32,606 bases of DNA. It comes from a virus. Lineage: Duplodnaviria > Caudoviricetes. Positions within the stretch are counted from its first letter, which is position 1. Each line of letters begins with the position of its first letter. The translations under genes were made by a program, and so were the position numbers. Positions 25,506-32,606 of this stretch are shown here, in pieces. Location: positions 1-32,606 of the IMG/VR virus record IMGVR_UViG_3300027640_000014; one strand, 5' to 3'. The notes beneath the pieces are model-generated. The model made no database searches. It was given only the letters and a program-made list of their open reading frames with translations, and was not told the DNA's origin.

Positions 25506-25638
25506 GTTCAGCGGCGACCTGTCAGCGATGACTCCGCTGCAGGTCAAGTTTTTGAAGGCACTGGAAAATGAGGAACGAGTGCAGGACAATATCAAGGTGC
25601 AGGAATTGCTTCGCAAGAAACTGGACCACATGCTGTAG
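25450..25638 (+). CDS. tail assembly chaperone frameshift extension (gpT-like, +1 frame)
   Basis: Open +1 frame FLDSQEGWDLKLLVRQGYKFSGDLSAMTPLQVKFL...DHML* from the TCC_TTT_C site. Confidence 0.6.
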   Translation, partial: FLDSQEGWDLKLLVRQGYKFSGDLSAMTPLQVKFLKALENEERVQDNIKVQELLRKKLDHML

Positions 25639-25674
25639 TTTTAACCCACGCCCCCGCAGGGGGAGCGACGCCAT

Positions 25675-25707
25675 AAAAAACCGGGAGCTATTTAACTCCC
25701 GGTTTTT
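25675..25707. terminator. bidirectional intrinsic terminator
   Basis: AAAAAA-CCGGGAG-ctatttaa-CTCCCGG-TTTTT; the antisense gene's stop lies in the loop. Confidence 0.75.
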
Positions 25708-25903
25708 CCTTTTGCAGAAGGTCTATTATTCTGTTCAGCCTGGCCAGCACGTCACCCATGGCGATAAAAAACACCCCGGAGATAGCAGAAGACATGAACA
25801 AGAAGAAGGCAATTTTTCCGGACAGTTCTCGGGACAGCAGTATTGCCCCGGCAAATCCGGTGGCAAAGCATAGTACAGCCAAAAAGTACATGACATAATT
25901 CAT
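25688..25903 (-). CDS. antisense two-TM membrane protein (moron)
   Basis: YFLAVLCFATGFAGAILL and IAFFLFMSSAISGVFFIAMG; AAGGGGGG RBS on the minus strand; own terminator. Confidence 0.72.
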   Translation of the reverse strand: MNYVMYFLAVLCFATGFAGAILLSRELSGKIAFFLFMSSAISGVFFIAMGDVLARLNRIIDLLQKEKPGVK

Positions 25904-25932
25904 CGTTGCCACCCCCCTTAACATTTTGAAGT

Positions 25933-25962
25933 CTATTCGACGAGGTGTTAAAATATGCCTGC
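25933..25962 (-). promoter_or_regulatory. sigmaH-like promoter for the antisense moron
   Basis: Minus strand reads GCAGGCATA-N12-GTCGAATAG, against the B. subtilis sigmaH consensus RNAGGAWWW-N11/12-RNNGAAT (one mismatch). Confidence 0.45.
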
Positions 25963-28900
25963 CTCCAAACAGAATACGGCGGAAATAATTATCAAGGTTT
26001 TGGATCAGGCATCGTCTGTTTTTAACCGAATTAGGGCCGTAGCGTCAAAAAGTTTTGCTGATACCAAGAGGCAGGCCGATATGGCCAGTCGCAGCATGGA
26101 CTACATGAAAACCATCGCGGTTGGTGCTGCTGCCGGCTTCGGCGCCAGGGGGGCCTGGAACTGGCTGATCGATACCAACAGCAAGATGGAGCAGGCTACC
26201 ATCGGTTTTGAGACCATGTTGGGGTCAGCTGAAAAAGCCCAAGGGTTCTTATCCGAACTGGAATCTTTTGCTGCAAAGACTCCATTTGAGTTTACCCAGT
26301 TACGGACGGCGGCCACCAGGATGCTTGCCTTTGGTTTCGCATCTGAACAAGTACTCCCCACTCTTACAGCTGTTGGGGATGCTACGTCGGCCCTTGGGTT
26401 GGGATCAGAGGGTATCAATAGGGTTATCTTGGCCCTGGGACAGATGAGGGCTAAGAACAAGGTTAGTGCAGACGAGATGCTGCAATTGACTGAGGCCGGG
26501 ATCCCGGCTTGGGAGATCCTGGCCAGGGCCATGAACAAATCCACTGCTGAAGTAATGAAGCTTTCGGAGAAGGGACTAATTCCAGCCAATAAAGCCATTG
26601 ATGCCCTTGTCCAGGGGATGGAGCAGAAATTTCCTGACATGATGAAAAAGCAGGCCGACTCCATGGGGGGGATAATCTCCAACTTAAATGATCTTCGGGA
26701 AATAGCTGGCAGGAAACTTGGTGCCGGACTATTTGATCAAATAAAGCCCATGGCTGAAGATGCCTTAAAATCGCTGAATAAATTGAAGGATGCCGGCAAA
26801 TTTGAGGAATGGGGTCGAAATATCGGCAGCGCTTTTAAGTTGGCCAAGGATAATGCTGATAAGTTCGCGGCGGCTGCAGCTGCTGTAGGGGCTTATATGG
26901 TCTTTACAAAGGCTGTAGAGGGCATGGCCATAGCAGTGACTGGATACAGGACATCAGCCCTCCTGGCCACGGCGGCCACCAACGGCTGGACCTTTGCGTT
27001 GACCAGGAATCCCATTGGACTTATTGCTGTCGGTTTAAGTGCTGTCATTGGTGCCATAGTAGCCTACAGGCTCAATCTCAAAGAAACTACCGATAGCACC
27101 AATGAACTGAGCGATGCAAATTATGATCTGGTAAGAAGTTATAACCAGGCAAGGCAGGCCACTCAGAACACCAGCAACTCCATAGAGGAAAACTACCAGG
27201 CCCAGGATGCTTTAAACAAGAAAACCGAGGAAATGAAAAAGATCCTCCCAGATCTCTTGCGGATGTACGGTGAGGAACAACTGGCCCTGGACATTACCAC
27301 CGGTAAAATCAGTGAGAACACCAGTGAGTACATTAGGAACCTGGCCGTTAAAGCGTCAGCGGCTCAGGCAGAACTGGAAAGGCTGGAGCTGGAGCAATAC
27401 CTTCTCAGCCAGCGTACAGACATGGACCCACTAGATGAGGGTCTGGAGCGCAGTAAGCTAGCCATGCAGATTGAGGCAGCAGGCAAAAGGCGGGATACCC
27501 TGAGCGCCATGTTCAACTCTGCTGCCCAACAGGTGGCCAAGGCATCGGAACAAATCAAAAAAAGCGTTCAAAACAATATAGACTTTGGCGATCTAGAAAA
27601 AGAGGAGAAGGAGAAAATCCTCTCCATCGGCGCCGCCTTTTCCCAGGTAGGGGAAGCCGTGGCCAAAGCCTCCAGAACATCCCTCTTGGAGGCAAAGGAC
27701 ACTCTCCAGGACATCATTGACGAGGCAAATAAGATGGGGGCAGGGGGGCTGGCCGGTCAGCTACAGGAGGCCATGTCACTGCTTCCCGAAGCGGTCAACG
27801 ACAAGACTGGGGAGGCTGGCAGAAAACTTCTCCAGATGCTGCACGGTGTCTTTTCTGAGGCCGTCGGACTCACTGGACAATCGGCGACAAAAATACAGAA
27901 TCAGTACGATCTGGCTCTGTCCAGGATTTCGGACAGGTTTGCCAAGCTGGCCGAGGATGCAGCCGAAAAGTCCAAGAGAATGTCCCAGGCTATGGAGGAA
28001 TCCCTGGAAAGGGCAGGGGAGATCCGGGACAGGATGAACAAAGACATCCAGGAGGCCAACGAGAGGTATTACACCGAAACCGCCAAGGTCACCGAGAAAA
28101 TGAACGAAGACATAAAGAAGCTCAACGATGATTTTGAAAAAACCCTGGCGGATCGGGCCAACAGCCTCAAAAACTGGACTGGACTCTTTGATGAAGTACC
28201 AAAACTGGCCAAGGACTCCCTGGACAAAATGACCAAAAACCTCCGGGACCAGGTGGACCGTTTCAGCCTGTTCTACCAGATGCTAAAGAACCTCTCCAGG
28301 CGGGGGATTGACCAGGGCCTGGTGGAAGAACTGCGTCAGATGGGTCCCAAGGCGGCCCCCCAGGTGCTGGCGCTCTATCAGGCCACGGACGAACAACTAC
28401 AGGAGTACGTTGATCTCTGGAAGACCAGGAGCCAGTTGGCCGGCGAGGAAGCCACCGACCAATTGGAGGACACACGGTATGATATGCTCCAGGCCCAGGA
28501 GAAGATCCGGGAAGATGCCGGCAGGGAACTGGAAAAACTGAGGACCGAATGGCAGAAAAGACTTACAGAAATACAGACCGACACCAGCGAAAGACTATCG
28601 GAGATCGCCGAGGATGCCAAGGAGCAGGGCAAGGACTTTATCACCAAGTTGCTGGACGGGATTGGGCAGAAATACCCGGAATTTAAAGCGATGATCGACA
28701 AGCTAAAGGGTGATATGAATATCACTACGAACCAGCAGTCAATACCATCTGAACTGAAAGTCGGAGGTCTATTTGAGGATCTGTTGGTCAAGGAGTGGAA
28801 GGGGGCCATCACCCCGGCCGAAAAGTCCAAGCTAAATAATCTAAAACAGGAATGGTACTCATCTTATGGCACCAAGCCGTGGGAAGGGGTTACTCCCTAT

Positions 28901-29473
28901 AATCCATCTGCTCAGTCGCCTCAGGGCGGAGATATTTGGACCCCCACACCGCAACAGCCAACCCAAAGCGAGATGACCTGGCAGGAGTTGTTGGAATACT
29001 ACCGTACCCACATCCTGGAGGCCGAAGCGGAAATCTCAAGGGCTGGGACGGTCTATACGCAGAAGCTAAATGACGGGGACATTACAGGGGCCAAGGCGGC
29101 CCACCGCTGGGCGGACCAAATCAGAAAAGCAATCGGCCGGGAGATGGTCTGGGACCAGAACACAGAGGAGTCACCGGCGGTACACGACACTTACCATGAA
29201 GGTGGTGTGGTCACAAGACACGGACGCAGGCCGCTTACAGCCGGGGAGGTACCCATAATCGCCAAGGAGGGTGAGGTCGTTTCCCAGCCTGCGGTAATGG
29301 ACCTGACCAGGGTGGTAGACCGGCTGGACAAAATCTTAAACGCTCTCCAAGGTATGGCTGGAATTAAATTCGATCAGCTTTTTAAAGTGGAGAACCAACA
29401 CATCTACACCAAAGAGGATAACGAGGGGTTTGCCAGCAGGCTGGCCCGTGAAGTAATTTTAGCCTCGTCGTAA
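25955..29473 (+). CDS. tape measure protein
   Basis: 1172 aa helical; FETMLGSAEKA...FAAKTPFEF, ALGQM.AK.KV...EMLQLTEAGIP, NPIGLI, C-terminal YHEGGVV...EVPIIAK.GE.V. Confidence 0.95.
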   Translation: MPASKQNTAEIIIKVLDQASSVFNRIRAVASKSFADTKRQADMASRSMDYMKTIAVGAAAGFGARGAWNWLIDTNSKMEQATIGFETMLGSAEKAQGFLSELESFAAKTPFEFTQLRTAATRMLAFGFASEQVLPTLTAVGDATSALGLGSEGINRVILALGQMRAKNKVSADEMLQLTEAGIPAWEILARAMNKSTAEVMKLSEKGLIPANKAIDALVQGMEQKFPDMMKKQADSMGGIISNLNDLREIAGRKLGAGLFDQIKPMAEDALKSLNKLKDAGKFEEWGRNIGSAFKLAKDNADKFAAAAAAVGAYMVFTKAVEGMAIAVTGYRTSALLATAATNGWTFALTRNPIGLIAVGLSAVIGAIVAYRLNLKETTDSTNELSDANYDLVRSYNQARQATQNTSNSIEENYQAQDALNKKTEEMKKILPDLLRMYGEEQLALDITTGKISENTSEYIRNLAVKASAAQAELERLELEQYLLSQRTDMDPLDEGLERSKLAMQIEAAGKRRDTLSAMFNSAAQQVAKASEQIKKSVQNNIDFGDLEKEEKEKILSIGAAFSQVGEAVAKASRTSLLEAKDTLQDIIDEANKMGAGGLAGQLQEAMSLLPEAVNDKTGEAGRKLLQMLHGVFSEAVGLTGQSATKIQNQYDLALSRISDRFAKLAEDAAEKSKRMSQAMEESLERAGEIRDRMNKDIQEANERYYTETAKVTEKMNEDIKKLNDDFEKTLADRANSLKNWTGLFDEVPKLAKDSLDKMTKNLRDQVDRFSLFYQMLKNLSRRGIDQGLVEELRQMGPKAAPQVLALYQATDEQLQEYVDLWKTRSQLAGEEATDQLEDTRYDMLQAQEKIREDAGRELEKLRTEWQKRLTEIQTDTSERLSEIAEDAKEQGKDFITKLLDGIGQKYPEFKAMIDKLKGDMNITTNQQSIPSELKVGGLFEDLLVKEWKGAITPAEKSKLNNLKQEWYSSYGTKPWEGVTPYNPSAQSPQGGDIWTPTPQQPTQSEMTWQELLEYYRTHILEAEAEISRAGTVYTQKLNDGDITGAKAAHRWADQIRKAIGREMVWDQNTEESPAVHDTYHEGGVVTRHGRRPLTAGEVPIIAKEGEVVSQPAVMDLTRVVDRLDKILNALQGMAGIKFDQLFKVENQHIYTKEDNEGFASRLAREVILASS

Positions 29474-29477
29474 AGGA

Positions 29478-30881
29478 GTGGTTTTTGTGGCTTATAAAGA
29501 TAACTTTTCTCCTCGGACATCACAGCTTATAAGGCCGAGTGATGGGTCATTGGTCGACCTGCTGGATTCCATCGGAATCAATAGTGCGGCTGCGATAACC
29601 GATCCATCTGCCAGCGCCAATGCCGTGGCACTTTTAAAGGGTCTATTAAAACAGCTTCAGGGGACATCCGACCTGGGGCCATCTGTGATGACCCAGGCTC
29701 AGAAAGACATCGTGGCCCGGGCCGTGGAGAACATTGTAAACACCATTGGGGTTGAAAATATTAAAATGTTCATGCCCTTGTGGGAACAGTCTGGTGCGAA
29801 GGCCTACGACTTATTTAATAGAGATTTAACTTTTACGGTAAATGGAGCAACGCTTGGACAAAATGGGCCATGTGGTTATTGTATGGGTTTTGACGGAGTG
29901 AACGATTACTTAGTGCAGGACTCAGCAACTGAAAATAACACAAACAATGACGATTATCCAGTGAATGACAGTGCAGATAAACGAGCTCAAAAGATTAGGG
30001 TAGTGGCAATAAAAGCTGGGTTTGTTAGGCTTTATTTAAAGAAATTAGGTGCTCCAAATGCTAATTGCCGAGTCGTTATTTACACTAATTCTGGAGGACT
30101 TCCAGGTGCACCTGTTACGAATGGGACATCAGAAAAGGTTCCTTGTTCCTCCATAGGAACAAATTTAGATTGGCGTGGATTCTATTTTTTAACTCCCCCC
30201 GCATTACAGAAAAACCAACAATACTGGGTGGTGTTTGAATATACGGATACAGTATTGGTAGATGGTAGCAATCGCATTAGTTGGGGGATTGATAGTGCTG
30301 GAGGTTATGGTGAGGGTGGAGCAGTATATACAAGTGGAGCATGGTCTTCATATGCTCAATCTCATAATTTTGGTATTTGGTCTGATAATCTAGTGCTAAA
30401 TACTGATTACTCAGTTATAACTTTAGCAAAAGATAATGTTCCGTCAGAAATAGCATCTAGATTTATTTTACGAGCATCTTCTATTGATAACTTTGGCGTG
30501 GTAATTAGGAAGGTTGATCAAGGCTACTATGATTTTGTTGGAAATGATGGTTCCACCAGAGCGGCAGTTATGTATTTATTCCCATCAGTTTTTACGGTTT
30601 ATGGCGGAACATTCTCTGTAGCAAACTCTACTGGTAAGGTTGAAGGGTATGCAAATGGATTCCTGAAAGCAACTGGAGACGGAACTGCTTTAGCTTCTCA
30701 GGCAAGATTAGCACATCCATTAGCTATAGGAGCGTCAATGAATAGCCAGGGTGTTCTTGGTGGTTATTGGTCTGGCTTAATTGGTCCGACAATAATTACT
30801 AAAAATAAGCTTTCACAAGCTCAAATGGGGATTATTTCAAATGAATTGCTCTGTCTCCGTAAGTACGGAGTTGCAGCCTGA
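29478..30881 (+). CDS. virion-associated LamG/ConA-like domain protein (putative adhesin)
   Basis: PLWEQSG..AYD...NGA......FDGVNDY; C-terminal LAIGA....GYWSGLIG...LS; inserted beta-domain IYTNSGGLPG...L..NQQYWVV. Confidence 0.65.
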   Translation: MVFVAYKDNFSPRTSQLIRPSDGSLVDLLDSIGINSAAAITDPSASANAVALLKGLLKQLQGTSDLGPSVMTQAQKDIVARAVENIVNTIGVENIKMFMPLWEQSGAKAYDLFNRDLTFTVNGATLGQNGPCGYCMGFDGVNDYLVQDSATENNTNNDDYPVNDSADKRAQKIRVVAIKAGFVRLYLKKLGAPNANCRVVIYTNSGGLPGAPVTNGTSEKVPCSSIGTNLDWRGFYFLTPPALQKNQQYWVVFEYTDTVLVDGSNRISWGIDSAGGYGEGGAVYTSGAWSSYAQSHNFGIWSDNLVLNTDYSVITLAKDNVPSEIASRFILRASSIDNFGVVIRKVDQGYYDFVGNDGSTRAAVMYLFPSVFTVYGGTFSVANSTGKVEGYANGFLKATGDGTALASQARLAHPLAIGASMNSQGVLGGYWSGLIGPTIITKNKLSQAQMGIISNELLCLRKYGVAA

Positions 30882-30899
30882 TCTAAGGAGGATTGCCTG

Positions 30900-31220
30900 A
30901 TGAACTCATATTACGTGATAAACCTTACATGGCTGGATGAACCTATACCCGGTGGTGAACCCGGCCAGATAAGAAAGTATTCCCCGGAACTGGACCAGGC
31001 CCGGGCCTTAGCCCCGACAGAGGGACTTCCAAATGAATTATTCCAATGCCGCATCAGTCCAGATGGTACCAAGGCAATTGTCCAGGCCGACTGGCAGGAC
31101 ATCGCTGCCATGGATTCCCTTGGTATCAATTTGGGTGAGCTTCAGCCTGATGGGTCGGCATCTCCCGGGGTTTATGCGGAGTTGACAAAACCGGAATGGC
31201 AGGGAGGAGATCAGCAATGA
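30900..31220 (+). CDS. hypothetical tail-region protein (possible chaperone/assembly factor)
   Basis: AAGGAGG RBS; RISPDGTKAIV motif. Confidence 0.6.
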   Translation: MNSYYVINLTWLDEPIPGGEPGQIRKYSPELDQARALAPTEGLPNELFQCRISPDGTKAIVQADWQDIAAMDSLGINLGELQPDGSASPGVYAELTKPEWQGGDQQ

Positions 31221-31966
31221 GATGGGTTGAGTGGATTGAAAAAATAAAAAACACCCTAACTACCAGTGATGTGTTAACTCATATCAGCGCTGATATTGGT
31301 GCCGGGGCTACTGTTGCTGGAGATATAGCTGATTGTGGGCACCGCCATAATGTAAAAGTTATTGTTAAGTTTCCTGATACCACCTCGAAAGATATAATTG
31401 TCAGGCATTATGGTCCAGATGGGTCGTATATGGGCGAAGTTGTTATATCTGGTAATACGGAAACCTATTTCGCTCAGATATTCGCTCTAAAAGGTACAAG
31501 ATATTCTGTTGCGGTAAAAAACAACGGTGCCGCCCCCAAAGCGTGTACTGTCTATACTCAACTACTGCCAGCCGGGTTGGCCACAAAAAACGCCACTCAG
31601 TCAGTTGATGTATCTGGAAGTAAAGTTACAGTTCTCGGTGAGTCACTAAATGTTGTAGTGGCTGCCGGTGCCACTGTAACAGCCATAGCTGAAACTACTT
31701 TTGATAACATAAAATGGCTTGCGGCTAATGCCGCAAGCAACGTAGACCACAACTGGGAAATTCGCTTGATACAATATAGGCGTACAGGCACAAGTTCTCC
31801 TGTAATTCAGACAACAGCTAAAGCAACCATTGCGACAATTTCAGCCCTTGGTTATGGCGCAACTGATCAAGTTGGTGTTATCGCTTATAATAAGGTAAAA
31901 GTTAATATAAAAAACAGCGGGGCATCTCAATACAATTACGATGTTCAGCTGATTGGAGGGGTATAA
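31217..31966 (+). CDS. beta-rich hypothetical virion protein
   Basis: GGAGG RBS; ATGA overlap; two similar beta-rich halves ending in VxVKNxGA. Confidence 0.65.
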   Translation: MRWVEWIEKIKNTLTTSDVLTHISADIGAGATVAGDIADCGHRHNVKVIVKFPDTTSKDIIVRHYGPDGSYMGEVVISGNTETYFAQIFALKGTRYSVAVKNNGAAPKACTVYTQLLPAGLATKNATQSVDVSGSKVTVLGESLNVVVAAGATVTAIAETTFDNIKWLAANAASNVDHNWEIRLIQYRRTGTSSPVIQTTAKATIATISALGYGATDQVGVIAYNKVKVNIKNSGASQYNYDVQLIGGV

Positions 31967-32203
31967 GTGAGACTTATCGATGTACTGCCCAGGAACAGCG
32001 AAGAGATTGTTCTTTCTCCTGCTGGCGTAGTAAATGAAGAGTATGTCGATGGTTTTGTGGATCCTGCATGGTTTTCTGCTACCTTTCCTGAGTTGGCGGC
32101 AGCAACGGTTCCCTTAACTACTGAGATGCTTAATCAACTAAAATCGATAGATGGATTCTGGAGTTTGAATGCAGACCGCTGGAGGGCAGAGGGTATTATT
32201 TAA
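31967..32203 (+). CDS. hypothetical protein
   Basis: GGAGG RBS; GTG immediately after the upstream stop. Confidence 0.55.
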   Translation: MRLIDVLPRNSEEIVLSPAGVVNEEYVDGFVDPAWFSATFPELAAATVPLTTEMLNQLKSIDGFWSLNADRWRAEGII

Positions 32204-32315
32204 CTACAAAGCGCAAATCCAGCAAAGAAGGTGATCCCATTGCCGCTGACAATCCCGGAAAAAATCGAAGTCAAAACCGCCGCCGGCCAAACGGTGGCTT
32301 TTGGAGGTGTAATTA

Positions 32316-32606
32316 ATGCTTGCCTCTAACCCAGCAGCCAACATCCCCTCCGGGGCAGAAACCGAGATTTGCCAGTGGTCAGCCAACGGAACCGCTCAGT
32401 TCGTTGGCTTTTACATCTCTGCTCCAAATGGGGGTCAGGCCAGGCTCTACATAGGAGGTGTGGAACGCCACAGGCTCCACATACCCTACACCGGAGAGGC
32501 CCCATATCAGGAGATGGTAGATAAACCATATATCCCGGCGGCCGCAACGGTATTTAGCCTGCGTTTTTACCATGAGAACGCGGCGGCCCAGATAGTGGCC
32601 GGCGCG
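32316..32606 (+). CDS. hypothetical protein (3'-truncated by window)
   Basis: Not in the track; GGAGG RBS; open from MLASNPAANIPSGAETEIC to the window end (97 codons). Confidence 0.65.
   Translation, partial: MLASNPAANIPSGAETEICQWSANGTAQFVGFYISAPNGGQARLYIGGVERHRLHIPYTGEAPYQEMVDKPYIPAAATVFSLRFYHENAAAQIVAGA

Noticed and set aside
25568-25873. Plus-strand 101-aa ORF as the chaperone extension
   Set aside because: It crosses the bidirectional terminator and the antisense moron. The 25450-25638 frame fits better.
462-32573. Numerous minus-strand and alternate-frame ORFs in the track (e.g. 6792-7361, 12226-12810, 18229-18960, 20136-20750, 26101-26682)
   Set aside because: They are shadows of well-supported plus-strand genes, with no RBS or motifs. 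Only 25688-25903 has independent support.
1-32606. CRISPR array, tRNA, rRNA, integrase/att site, IS element, DGR
   Set aside because: I saw no regularly spaced repeats, cloverleaf, recombinase, transposase or reverse transcriptase motifs. Temperate lifestyle cannot be proven from this window alone.

Overview
This is a 32.6-kb, almost entirely plus-strand segment of a siphovirus-type phage or prophage. The host is probably a Firmicute (Clostridia-like), judging from GGAGG RBSs, sigmaA/sigmaH-like promoters, RecU and an XkdF-like protease. The window runs through five modules. (1) End of the early/middle region: DUF5131 tail, Cys-rich microproteins, HAD hydrolase, 3D-domain protein, RecU and a sigma70-r4-type regulator. 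(2) A putative DNA-modification block: RadC/JAB, DUF488-like, an intein-interrupted adenine-MTase-like/GNAT-like fusion and ParB-N. (3) Packaging: TerS, TerL and portal. (4) Head: long MuF, XkdF-like protease, scaffold, cement and MCP. (5) Tail: tube, frameshifted chaperone, tape measure and post-TMP cassettes. The most striking element is a ~1115-aa MuF head protein carrying a HipA/PI3K-like kinase, a Rho-N-like helical domain and a possible ADP-ribosyltransferase-like C-terminus. It is followed by a separately transcribed candidate immunity gene and an Acb2/Tad1-like anti-defence sponge gene. Other points of interest are the intein beside the MTase catalytic motif, a UCC_UUU_C +1 frameshift signal, a structured intergenic RNA candidate at 5442-5610, and an antisense membrane moron with a sigmaH-like promoter. 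All family calls come from motif recognition by eye, not from database searches.
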